Below, piece by piece: positions 1 through 8,982 of a DNA stretch of 64,000 nucleotides. Numbering within the stretch: position 1 is the first letter of the stretch; each line of letters begins with the position of its first letter. Position numbers and translations under genes: made by a program. The stretch comes from Sneathiellales bacterium (GTDB lineage: Bacteria > Pseudomonadota > Alphaproteobacteria > JANQFL01), in NCBI GenBank assembly GCA_028277845.1, contig JANQFL010000087.1, positions 13,704-77,703 of the forward strand. Reading direction: 5' to 3'. The notes below the pieces were generated by a model. The model was not told the origin of the DNA. It saw nothing but the letters and a program-made list of their open reading frames with translations, and ran no database searches.

Positions 1-489
1 CGTGTCGACCCCGATCGGAATGCGCACCAGTTTGTCGCGCGGCACGCCCCAGTCCAGCAGTCGCCTCTCCATCACGGACGCGGCCGTGACCACTTTGTCG
101 AGTTTGCCAAGCGTGGCGAGGAACCGCTCGACATGGCGCGCCGCATCAGGGCCGTCTTCCGGTTTGCCGTGGAAGTACGTGACCACATAGCGGTTGGATG
201 CGGACAGGGCTTCGGACCAGACCTCCCACAAATACTGTGAGCCGAAGTGAGCCACGCTATTGAACAGTTGTTCCGGCCGCGACGTCAGCATGGCGGTGCC
301 CGCCGCCAGTGCGTTGACGCCTTCGGTGATGTAGGTGCCGTCCCAACGGGTCGACCAGTTGGCGTTTTCGGCAATAAAGGCGACGGGCGGTGTTGCCGGC
401 CTATACAGTCCGATGGCATGGGCCAGGGCATAGGATCGCCCGGCTAGGTGCCGGGCCATTTGCCGGAGCTGCGGTTGCAACGCGGTCAT
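1..489 (-). CDS. glycosyltransferase (GT4-like), N-terminal ~163 codons only; the 3' end of the gene lies beyond the window start
   Basis: Manual translation of the minus strand from the ATG at 489..487 is open to position 1 (MTALQPQLRQMARHLAGRSY...KLVRIPIGVDT). The start overlaps the upstream methyltransferase stop (ATGA). Absent from the ORF track because no stop falls inside the window. Confidence 0.45.
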   Translation of the reverse strand, partial: MTALQPQLRQMARHLAGRSYALAHAIGLYRPATPPVAFIAENANWSTRWDGTYITEGVNALAAGTAMLTSRPEQLFNSVAHFGSQYLWEVWSEALSASNRYVVTYFHGKPEDGPDAARHVERFLATLGKLDKVVTAASVMERRLLDWGVPRDKLVRIPIGVDT

Positions 490-1286
490 GTATCGGATGC
501 CGGTTTTCTGGCGACGGCCAGATACATGTGAGCGATCAGCCCGCCGGGCACGAACGGTGCCAGAACGACACTCAAGCCCTTGGTCACGAGCCATTCGTAA
601 GGCAGGCCGAATTCGTGATGCAACGACCGCAGGACGCCTTGCCGTTTGTGGATCGGCTTGACCGTTTCTACATCGAAACCGCCGAAGGTCAATTCACGCG
701 CCAGTTCTGCGCGGGTCAGGCGCCACTGGTAGAACTGGGAAACGTCGGTCGTATGCCGCCGCGGCAGGCGGGCAAAGGTTCCCCGCAGGGCATGACGCAA
801 ATTGTCGGCGGGAACCGAAATGAACAGCAACCCGCCCGGCTTGAGAATGCGCCAAGCCTCACGGATGCACGGCTGCAGGCCTTCTTCGAAATGCTCGAAC
901 ACGCCCCACGACAGGTAGGCGTCGAAGGTGTCGTCGGCAAATCCGGTGCCGCGGATGTCGCCGGTCACGAACTCCAGGTCCGGAAACAGTTCGTTGAGCT
1001 TGGCCACCGTTTCCCGGCTCAGGTCGAGGCCGGTCACCTTGTAGCCTTGCTTGGCCAGTTCGACCGGCCAGTCGCCCATGCCACAGCCGCCGTCGAGAAT
1101 ATGTCCGCCCGCCGGGACCGAGGACAGATAGGGCGCGATGACTTTGTACTCGTTCTTGCGGGTGATCGACTTGGTGGCCCGGGTCGGACCGCCCATCTCC
1201 TTCCACTTGTCGGTCCAATAGCGTTCGACAAAGGCGATCGAGGTTTCGTCCGCCGGCAGGTCGCCGACCATTACGTCCTTACGCAT
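486..1286 (-). CDS. class I SAM-dependent methyltransferase
   Basis: 266 aa ORF with glycine-rich SAM-binding motif ILDGGCGMGDW followed by the acidic loop VTGLDLS. Confidence 0.8.
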   Translation of the reverse strand: MRKDVMVGDLPADETSIAFVERYWTDKWKEMGGPTRATKSITRKNEYKVIAPYLSSVPAGGHILDGGCGMGDWPVELAKQGYKVTGLDLSRETVAKLNELFPDLEFVTGDIRGTGFADDTFDAYLSWGVFEHFEEGLQPCIREAWRILKPGGLLFISVPADNLRHALRGTFARLPRRHTTDVSQFYQWRLTRAELARELTFGGFDVETVKPIHKRQGVLRSLHHEFGLPYEWLVTKGLSVVLAPFVPGGLIAHMYLAVARKPASDT

Positions 1287-1316
1287 GCAACGTGTTCCGG
1301 ATTCTTGTGGGCATCG

Positions 1317-2342
1317 TCATACCGGCAACTGGGCGCAGACCGCTTCGACCGGTGCCCGCAACAACCGGCGCCGCGCGACGATGTCGTCCCGGCGCGAAAC
1401 CAGTGTTTCGAACAGGCCCACATAATCGCTGCACATCCGTTCGGCCGTGTAGGGGTAATCTTTCAGAGCGGTGCGGAATTCACCGTAGCGCAGAAACATG
1501 TCCTGCAACGCCGATACGAATTCATCGCCTTCGAATATCAGCCCGAAGCCTTTTCCGTATTCCGGCAACGCGCCGCTGTTACGGTACAGCAAAGGCAACC
1601 CGCACATCGCACCTTCAATGTGATGCATGCCGCCCGGCTCGTTGACGGAACCGGTGATATAGACGTGATGGCGGCGCAGTTCGGCGGCCAGGTTATGGCC
1701 GCCGAGCGGTTGAAGATGCGTGGCGTTGTGGAACGCGAAGCCCTTCGGCACGTTGCCGACATAGGTGAAGGCGATGCGGTCGCGCCAGGCCGGGTCAGCC
1801 AGCATCCGGTCCAACTTCTGGTAGACGTCGAAACCCTTGAGCCAGTTGCCGCCCCAATGATGTGTCACGAGCCGCATGGGTTCGCCGCCGTTCCACTCGG
1901 CGTGGCCGGCGTCATGGAATACCGACGCGTCGGCACCATTGAAAATGACGGAGTGCGAGCGGACATCGTCGGGCTGCCAGACCGCCAGATCCTTGAGCCA
2001 ACTGGCTATGAACACGGTGTGGTCGGCACAGTAGTTGGCCAGGCGCAACCGCCAGTTCATGCCGCGGGTGTTCTTGCGTTCGTCACACTCGTTGATGCGG
2101 TGCACGACGACGGCACGGCGGTTCTTCAGCAATAGGTAGCGGAACGCATGACCATGGGTGAAGCAGGCGACCGGGTTGCGAAACCGCGGATCGGTGATCA
2201 GGATGATGTCGATGTCGCCGTCCTTCAGGTCGAACACGACGTCGTGCCCGGCATCCGTCAAGGCGTCCGCAAGGGCCTTGGCAAATTGATTGCCGCCACC
2301 CCAGGGTCCGTCGTGAACCTGGTGACCCAGCGCGACCTTCAT
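1317..2342 (-). CDS. glycosyltransferase, GT4-like
   Basis: Start placed at internal Met (MKVALGHQ), whose ATG overlaps the stop of the upstream gene by 1 nt; the ORF-track N-terminal extension is Arg/Pro/Gly-rich and looks non-coding. C-terminal EPGGMHHIEGAMCGLPLL resembles the GT4 donor-binding region. Confidence 0.6.
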   Translation of the reverse strand: MKVALGHQVHDGPWGGGNQFAKALADALTDAGHDVVFDLKDGDIDIILITDPRFRNPVACFTHGHAFRYLLLKNRRAVVVHRINECDERKNTRGMNWRLRLANYCADHTVFIASWLKDLAVWQPDDVRSHSVIFNGADASVFHDAGHAEWNGGEPMRLVTHHWGGNWLKGFDVYQKLDRMLADPAWRDRIAFTYVGNVPKGFAFHNATHLQPLGGHNLAAELRRHHVYITGSVNEPGGMHHIEGAMCGLPLLYRNSGALPEYGKGFGLIFEGDEFVSALQDMFLRYGEFRTALKDYPYTAERMCSDYVGLFETLVSRRDDIVARRRLLRAPVEAVCAQLPV

Positions 2343-3478
2343 CAGGCGGCCATCCTCGGACAGCGGTTCTGGATGGTGGCCACCAGGTCTTCGATCGAGC
2401 GGTTCATGCGCGCCAACGGAAAGGCCTGCACCGCGGTCTCCCGCGCCGCGGCGCCGATCTGGCGGCGCATCTCGGAATCGGCGCGCAGGCGGCGGATGGC
2501 ATCGGCCAGATCCGCCCGGTTGCCGGGTTCCACCAGCAGACAGTTCTCGCCGGACCGGAACACGTCGGGGTCCCACAAACCCTTGATGCGCGACAGCACC
2601 ACCGGCTTGCCACACGCCATGGCCTGCAGGGTGACGCTGTAGCCTGTCGGTTGCCAAACGTCCTTCAATGGCACCGCGACAATGGCCGCGCGGCGGTACA
2701 TGTCGCGTAGGACCTCATCGGTGACCTGCGAACCATGGTAGCTGCCGCGGATCAATTCGATCTCGGCGCGGCCGCCGGTGTCGACCGCCAGCCGGGTCAG
2801 AACTTTGATCGCGCCGTCATACCCGCAGGCGAACAGGGACGCATAGTCCCGGCTCGGGTCCGAACCGACCGACAGAACATATTCCTCGGCCAAGCCGTCG
2901 TCCGAGGGCGTCCAGAAATCGGTGTCGATGCCGAACAGAAACAGGCTGGTCTTGCTCTCATCCAGGCCGAAACGGCGCACCGATTCCTGCCGGTCCGCCT
3001 CGCCGAAGAAGAACAGATGATCGAGGCCGGCAAGCGCGTCGCGGACCTTGGTGTTTATGGCCCAACTGACCGGCGGCTTGACCGTCGTACCGATATCCGC
3101 AAGTCCGTGAAATCCGCCGGCGATCACCGACGAAATACCCGCCCGCTTGCCGTACAGGCCGAGGGACAAGCTGAACCAGTCGGTAAAGGTCAGGGCCATC
3201 GCGGCGCTGGAAACTTCGTTGCGCAAGGCGTTCACCCGTTGGCGACTGAATCCCGAGTTGCTCCAGCGGTTGCGCAGAATTTCCCATTGCAGCAGGCCGT
3301 TGTTGACCAGTCCGGGAGGGTCCTGACGCGTGTCGGCCATGGCGACGCGGCCGCCGATGTCGCGCAGATGCAGAAAGCCGTAAAAGAAATCCTTGGGTAC
3401 GGTGCCCGATGCCAACTCGCCCAGCCGCTGCTGGCGGCTGTTGCTGGGGAACAGGAACAGAATTGGGTTGTCGGACAC
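2342..3478 (-). CDS. glycosyltransferase family 4 (GT1-fold)
   Basis: 378 aa ORF with GT4-like C-terminal half (GENCLLVEPGNRADLADAIRRL). Confidence 0.7.
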   Translation of the reverse strand: MSDNPILFLFPSNSRQQRLGELASGTVPKDFFYGFLHLRDIGGRVAMADTRQDPPGLVNNGLLQWEILRNRWSNSGFSRQRVNALRNEVSSAAMALTFTDWFSLSLGLYGKRAGISSVIAGGFHGLADIGTTVKPPVSWAINTKVRDALAGLDHLFFFGEADRQESVRRFGLDESKTSLFLFGIDTDFWTPSDDGLAEEYVLSVGSDPSRDYASLFACGYDGAIKVLTRLAVDTGGRAEIELIRGSYHGSQVTDEVLRDMYRRAAIVAVPLKDVWQPTGYSVTLQAMACGKPVVLSRIKGLWDPDVFRSGENCLLVEPGNRADLADAIRRLRADSEMRRQIGAAARETAVQAFPLARMNRSIEDLVATIQNRCPRMAA

Positions 3479-3492
3479 GGTTATTGCAATGC

Positions 3493-4464
3493 TCAGAACG
3501 TTTGCCGGTACCAGCCGATCATCTTGTCCAGTCCCTGCTCCAGCGAGACCCGAAACGCGAAGTCGGGCACGATGGCGCGGAACCGGCTCATATCGGCGCT
3601 CTTGACGAACCGGCCTTCCGGTCTGGACGTATCGGTCTGCAGCACCGGGTCCAGGCCGCCGAGCCGGCAGATCAGAGCGACCAGATCGGTCATGCAGATG
3701 GTTTCCTCGGTGCCGATATTGATTGCGCCATTGCTGTGCCCGGACGCCACCAGCAACGCCATCATTTGGGCGCAGTCGCTGGCGTGGACGTAACTGCGGC
3801 GCTGTTTGCCGCTGCCCCAGATGACCACCGGATCGGCACCGTCCATCACCCGCTTCACCAGCATGGGGATGGCCTGGCTGAATTCGCCCATCCAGTTGTA
3901 GCGCTCGCCGTAGATGTTGAATGGCCGTACGATCGTCATCGGAATGCCGGACTCGCGGCCGGCGATCAGCGCCTTTTGCTCAAGAAATCGCTTGGCCCAC
4001 CCATAGCCCCAGTTGACCGCCTCGGGGTCGCCTTCGAACAGCGGTAGTTCGGGTACCGTGTCGGGACCGTCATCGGCGTAGACGCAGGACGACGAGGTAA
4101 TGAGAACGTGCTCGGGTTTGTGGACGCAGACGGCATCGAGTACGGCATTGGTGATGCGTTCGTTGTGCTGCAGGATGTCGTAGTGCCGGCCGGCCGCGTA
4201 ACCGACGCCGTAGGCCCGGCTGGCCAAATGAAACACCATTTGGGCATCGGCCAGGGCATCGTGCGCGAATTCGGCGATTTCAAGATTGCCTTCGCGGATA
4301 ATCACCTGGTCCGCAATCTGTTTCAGATTCTCGCGCCGGCCTTTGGAAAAATCGTCGACTACGATCACTTTTGCGCCCGCACCTACCAGCTCGTCGCAGA
4401 GATACGAACCGATCAGTCCGGCGCCGCCGGTCACGGCGACGGTCTTGTCGCGGACATTGGCCAC
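3493..4464 (-). CDS. NAD-dependent sugar epimerase/dehydratase (extended SDR)
   Basis: N-terminal Rossmann motif VTGGAGLIGSYL and catalytic YxxxK (YGWAK). Confidence 0.8.
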   Translation of the reverse strand: MANVRDKTVAVTGGAGLIGSYLCDELVGAGAKVIVVDDFSKGRRENLKQIADQVIIREGNLEIAEFAHDALADAQMVFHLASRAYGVGYAAGRHYDILQHNERITNAVLDAVCVHKPEHVLITSSSCVYADDGPDTVPELPLFEGDPEAVNWGYGWAKRFLEQKALIAGRESGIPMTIVRPFNIYGERYNWMGEFSQAIPMLVKRVMDGADPVVIWGSGKQRRSYVHASDCAQMMALLVASGHSNGAINIGTEETICMTDLVALICRLGGLDPVLQTDTSRPEGRFVKSADMSRFRAIVPDFAFRVSLEQGLDKMIGWYRQTF

Positions 4465-4474
4465 TGTTCAGATC

Positions 4475-5350
4475 CTAGTCGTCCAGTTCATAGCCGACGG
4501 CACGGATCTCGGCCGCGAGTTCTTGTTCGATCAGCCGGCGTTGGTGCGCGTTTAAAGTCTGTTTCCAGCGATACAGCGGCGATTCACTCACCGTGGTCAT
4601 ATTGTCGTAAGACGAATTGGCGGCGATAGGTTTCCCCAACCGAGACGGTTGCAGAACGCAGGGATCGAAATCGATGCCGATGAAGTCGCACAGGCTGCGC
4701 ATGGTCTTTTCGGTATCTTGTACCAAATCCTCGTAACGCAGGCCGTAGGCGTTCGGCTCGGGAGAGATCCAGAACCGGTTGGCCACATTGCGCCACAGGC
4801 CGCAGAAATCAACGAGTTCATTGTCATCGAACGGCCGGTTGCGGGTCTTTTCGCGCAGTTTGGTGTGGCTGGCAAACGTGGCGCGCGGATCGCGGATCGA
4901 CACCACATACTTGGCCGGGCCGAAGATCTTCTCGACATAGGGAGTCGGCCGCTTGCAGATATTGGCGATATGATTGACCGTCACACCGCGCCGGGGATGG
5001 CCGCAGAACGACGGGAAATAGATCTCCTGAAATAAATCATAGAACTCTTGCAAATTGCGTACCGGTCCAACCCGGCGGCCCACTTTCTCGGTCAACTGTC
5101 CATATGCGCCTTCGCCGTGGATCATTGTAATCATGTCCTCGAGGCGCTGGTGAAAACCGGCCTCGCGCAGTTTTAGGCTTCGCGGCAGATAACGGTAGAG
5201 AGCGAAATAGGGCTGCTTGATTTCGTTTTTGTTGCAGGTATTCCAGTATTCGAACGGGAAGACGTTGCATGCGGGATGACCGTCCAGCAGATTGTTGGTC
5301 AACGTGCCGCCGGAGCGGGACATGGACACGATGGAGACGTTGGTGTTCAC
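4475..5350 (-). CDS. sulfotransferase (PAPS-dependent type)
   Basis: N-terminal 5'-PSB-like motif SMSRSGGT and 3'-PB-like SIRDPRA; 291 aa. Confidence 0.7.
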   Translation of the reverse strand: MNTNVSIVSMSRSGGTLTNNLLDGHPACNVFPFEYWNTCNKNEIKQPYFALYRYLPRSLKLREAGFHQRLEDMITMIHGEGAYGQLTEKVGRRVGPVRNLQEFYDLFQEIYFPSFCGHPRRGVTVNHIANICKRPTPYVEKIFGPAKYVVSIRDPRATFASHTKLREKTRNRPFDDNELVDFCGLWRNVANRFWISPEPNAYGLRYEDLVQDTEKTMRSLCDFIGIDFDPCVLQPSRLGKPIAANSSYDNMTTVSESPLYRWKQTLNAHQRRLIEQELAAEIRAVGYELDD

Positions 5351-5402
5351 GTTGCGCAGTACCTAACTTGGTCGAAATGTTGAGTCCGGTTTGACCGGCG
5401 GC

Positions 5403-6776
5403 TCAGGCCGCCTGTTCGGCGACGGTGTCGTCGATCACGTCGACCAGACTCTCACCGTATTCCTTGCCGGTGTCGGCGACGAAATAGCGCGATTCGTCGC
5501 GCAGGCGGTCGGCGACGCACGGGTCGCCGATTTGCGCGATGAGCTCTCCGAACCGCGCCGGGAAATCGTCCTGAGCATCGCATTTAAGGATGCTGGTCTT
5601 GGCGATGAAGTCGTTGAAGTGCACCAGACCGAGATTGTGGTCGTTCGATTGGTTGGAGAGCGGATAGAACATCATCGCCGGCTTGCCGTTGAGCACCGAT
5701 TCAAGCAATACCGTGGAGAGTGGCGACACCACCGCCGAGGCGAGACGCAACAGCCGGTTCATGACATTGTAGTCGGCCAGATACATCGAAGACTTACCGT
5801 CGACGATGCGCTGGCGGTAAAAATCGGCCATGGATGGGTCCATGCTGATATGTTTCCACGGCACGGCAAAGAAGTCTTGTTCCTCGATTCCCAGGCCACG
5901 CCGCCACGGATGCGGTCGGTAAACGACATGAACGTCGGGCGCCTCGCCGCTCTCGATCATGTCGTCCATCATCTTCAGGTAGACGGTTTCGTAGTTGCCC
6001 GAACCGTTGCCGGCATAGAGCACAATACGTTTGCCGTCCGGCACGCCGAACTCGTCGCGCAGGGCCCGCTCGGAGGTATCGGTGGGGCGCCGGTAGACCT
6101 GGAACTGGGCGGCGCCAATCGCGCGCACCCGGTCACCGGCTATCCCCATATACTCGGTCGCCAGGTTCTTGCTGTGCTCGCCCCACACCACCAGGCGGTC
6201 GGGATAGCCCGACGACATGGCCTTGGCCGACGGATTGTCCCACGAGTTCATCAGGGCGATGAACGGGATCTTCCGCCGCTGGCAGATCTGCAGCAGGTCG
6301 TTCATGAAATAACCGCCGAGGACCGACGGATGAACGATGACATCCGGTTGGTGCCGGGCGATGAATTCGTCGAGGGGTTGGTGTGTGCCCATATAGCGGG
6401 TATAGGCGAAGCGGAAAAATGGAAAGACGAAAGGCAAGGCCAGGATGTCGAGGATACGGGTGCGTTTCTCGCCGATGGCGTTGACGACGTAGTTGCGCCG
6501 CGGCTCGTAGTTTCGCTTACCCCTCTGCAGGCGGAGCGCGTTGATCGTCACCAGCCACCACCACATGCCCATGCGCTTGCGCGGTACTTCGACGGTTTCC
6601 ATCTGGGCCAGGCCGAGGGTTGCCGGATCGGTATAGACGCCTTTTTTCTCCGACGTGGTGTCGCTGTGAAACACGTAGGTGACGTCGTAGCGCCGTTCCA
6701 ACGCCTGGAACGCGCCGCTGTGCACGAAATTGCGCACGACGGCATCCATGTCGATGAAGACGAGAGCCTTTTTCAC
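5403..6776 (-). CDS. hypothetical protein, capsule-synthesis/TagF-like fold with RPHP motif; possible (nonulosonic) sugar or glycerophosphate transferase
   Basis: 457 aa ORF with protein-like composition; VVYRPHP motif recalls the KPHP motif of KpsC/KpsS/TagF-type transferases. Family assignment is tentative. Confidence 0.45.
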   Translation of the reverse strand: MKKALVFIDMDAVVRNFVHSGAFQALERRYDVTYVFHSDTTSEKKGVYTDPATLGLAQMETVEVPRKRMGMWWWLVTINALRLQRGKRNYEPRRNYVVNAIGEKRTRILDILALPFVFPFFRFAYTRYMGTHQPLDEFIARHQPDVIVHPSVLGGYFMNDLLQICQRRKIPFIALMNSWDNPSAKAMSSGYPDRLVVWGEHSKNLATEYMGIAGDRVRAIGAAQFQVYRRPTDTSERALRDEFGVPDGKRIVLYAGNGSGNYETVYLKMMDDMIESGEAPDVHVVYRPHPWRRGLGIEEQDFFAVPWKHISMDPSMADFYRQRIVDGKSSMYLADYNVMNRLLRLASAVVSPLSTVLLESVLNGKPAMMFYPLSNQSNDHNLGLVHFNDFIAKTSILKCDAQDDFPARFGELIAQIGDPCVADRLRDESRYFVADTGKEYGESLVDVIDDTVAEQAA

Positions 6777-6820
6777 GATCGGAGTGCGGTGTTGGGCGCC
6801 GGGGCGAAGCGTACCGGGCT

Positions 6821-8950
6821 CTAGACGAATTCGTTGAGGCCGGTCAGGCCGCGGTCGCCGCTGTGCAGGTCCTGGCCGTCGGGCGGCGGCACCAGGTGGC
6901 GGGCCTCGCCGGCATATTCGGGAATGCGGTAGAGGCGGCGAACGTAGATCTTCGACAGGATACGGCCGATGCCGATGACCGAATCGCCGTAGATTTCGAG
7001 AAAGTCGCGGGCGGTTTTCTTCTGTTCGTCGGTCAGATCGAATGAGATATCCGCCGGTTCGGCGAAGCGATAGTCGGCCACGTCGCGCGGCTGCAGGTCA
7101 TCGCTGAAGCGGATGACATCGAATTTGAATGCGCCGCTGGTCGAGGCGTCCAGATTATCGAACAAATGGCTCGCCCGCAGCCTGCCGAACTCGATCAGCT
7201 CGCGGCCCAATTCGATCGCCGCGGCGTCGACGCCCTTGTCGGTGAAATAATCGGTCAGCGTCTTGGTCGCGACCTCGGCCACCTCGTCGACCAAACGGAT
7301 CAGGCCGAGGGTCTTGTATTTGAAGATCAGGTTGGCGCCCAATTCGCCGTCGATATAGCGTTTGACCGTGTCGCGCTGGCGCACGAAGTCTTCCAGATCC
7401 TCGCGTTCGCCCCAAAGCTCCGCCTTGGTTTCGGCGAGGAAATCGGCGATCAGTTGATCGAAGCGGTCATTGCCGCGGAACGCCCAGATCCTTTCGATCC
7501 ATTCGTATTTCGAAAGGCTGAGCAGCTTGATCAGCCGCAGCACCTCCTTGTAGACGGCGTCGTTGTAAAACAGGTTGACGACCAGGTGCATGTGGCGGGC
7601 GCTGAGATATTCGTCGAAAGTGATGGCGTCGTTGCCGACGCAGATTTCCTCTACCTCAGCGGCGTTGATTGCCTCGCCGAGTACGTCGAAATAGCCGTAG
7701 CAGCGCGGCAGGACGCGATACCGATTGACCATCTTCCACTTGTCGACGCTTTCGCGCGTCGCCAGGTCGGTACCCGGCAGCAGCATCAGTTGAAACAGCG
7801 CCACGGTGTTGAAGTCGGCCTCGACGATGGTCCGTATGGTTTTCAGGTGCGCCTGCAGGCTGTCTCCCGGCAGACCGAGGATGATCTCGGAATAGCTGTT
7901 GGCGCCGATTTCGCTCGCCGCCAGGGCCAGGTCGAGAATTTCCTGCTCGTCGATGTTGTTGCGTTCGATGTTTTCCAGAACGTCCTTGTCGAGGCTCTGC
8001 ACCGATCCTGAAATGCGCAGCGAACCGCTGATGATGTTGGCGGCCTCAAGCACCCGGTGTTTTTGGTTCTTGCCGGTGGCGACGTTGATGTATTCGGGAA
8101 AACCGTACGTCTTCTGCACTTCGGCGATGGCGCGGCAGGTGTCGAGATCCTCCTTGTACATGCCGAAATTGGAGTCGGCGATGAACATGTCGGAGCGGGC
8201 CCGGCCGTTGCGGCGCAGTTCGGCCATGCGTGCGCCGATCAGGTTCATCTCGTCGCGCACCCGGTCGGTCTTGCCCTTGGCAACCTTGGAATAGTACTTG
8301 GTGCCCTCGACACAGAAGGTGCAGCGGAATGGACAGCCCCGGTTGGTCTGGATGATCGGCAGCATGACACCGTCGAAAAACTCGTCCATCAGCCCCTGAA
8401 GATAGGGTGACGGGATATCGGACAGATCGAGGCGCGGGGTGGTTTCCTGCGGTCCGTCGAAGCCGCCGTCCGCCATCAGGCGATGCACCGACGGCAAGCC
8501 GTGCGGTACGCCGCCCGGATCGAAGGCGCACGCCTCCAGCCGCTCGACGAGGTCGGCGAAGGCCGCCTCGCCCTCCTTGACGATGAAGAAATCGAACATG
8601 GGGTGGGCGCGGACGAATTCTTCCTGCTCGGCCGGATTTGTCGGATAGTTGGGGCCGCCGAACACGGTCACCACGCCAGGCAGCCTGCGCTTGATGACTG
8701 CCGCGAACTGGCTGCTCAGGTCCCGGTTCCAGATATAGTTGGAAAACCCGATCACCGCCGGTGCCGGTTCGTTGTCCAGGGCCGTGGCCAGCTTTTCCGG
8801 AAATTTGAACAGCCGGAATTGCGGCGGGTTAGGCCGCCTGCTGGCGGTATAACTGGCGATGCAGCCGATCGCCGCCGGCATGACGTCGGACGCAACGGTC
8901 TGCTGTGTATAGGTCAGGTCACATAGCCAGATCGACGGGGCTTCGGTCAA
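6821..8950 (-). CDS. B12-binding domain radical SAM protein
   Basis: CxxxCxxC motif NRGCPFRCTFC at 8312..8335. Start set at in-frame TTG 8950 preceded by GGAG 8 nt upstream; the ORF-track ATG at 9061 would overlap sqdB by 79 nt. A GTG at 9010 is an alternative. Confidence 0.7.
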   Translation of the reverse strand: MTEAPSIWLCDLTYTQQTVASDVMPAAIGCIASYTASRRPNPPQFRLFKFPEKLATALDNEPAPAVIGFSNYIWNRDLSSQFAAVIKRRLPGVVTVFGGPNYPTNPAEQEEFVRAHPMFDFFIVKEGEAAFADLVERLEACAFDPGGVPHGLPSVHRLMADGGFDGPQETTPRLDLSDIPSPYLQGLMDEFFDGVMLPIIQTNRGCPFRCTFCVEGTKYYSKVAKGKTDRVRDEMNLIGARMAELRRNGRARSDMFIADSNFGMYKEDLDTCRAIAEVQKTYGFPEYINVATGKNQKHRVLEAANIISGSLRISGSVQSLDKDVLENIERNNIDEQEILDLALAASEIGANSYSEIILGLPGDSLQAHLKTIRTIVEADFNTVALFQLMLLPGTDLATRESVDKWKMVNRYRVLPRCYGYFDVLGEAINAAEVEEICVGNDAITFDEYLSARHMHLVVNLFYNDAVYKEVLRLIKLLSLSKYEWIERIWAFRGNDRFDQLIADFLAETKAELWGEREDLEDFVRQRDTVKRYIDGELGANLIFKYKTLGLIRLVDEVAEVATKTLTDYFTDKGVDAAAIELGRELIEFGRLRASHLFDNLDASTSGAFKFDVIRFSDDLQPRDVADYRFAEPADISFDLTDEQKKTARDFLEIYGDSVIGIGRILSKIYVRRLYRIPEYAGEARHLVPPPDGQDLHSGDRGLTGLNEFV

Positions 8951-8982
8951 GTCATCTGCTCCACGCTGCAAGGCCGATCGGT

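Noticed and set aside
390-2135. 581 aa plus-strand ORF spanning the methyltransferase and glycosyltransferase genes
   Set aside because: Antisense to minus-strand genes with clear motifs; translation is Arg/Gly/Ala/Val-rich with no recognisable domain, typical of spurious open frames in high-GC DNA.
5391-6824. 477 aa plus-strand ORF opposite the 5403-6776 gene
   Set aside because: Composition (runs of R, V, D, H, G) is typical antisense; the minus-strand frame has balanced composition, an RPHP motif and fits the operon direction.
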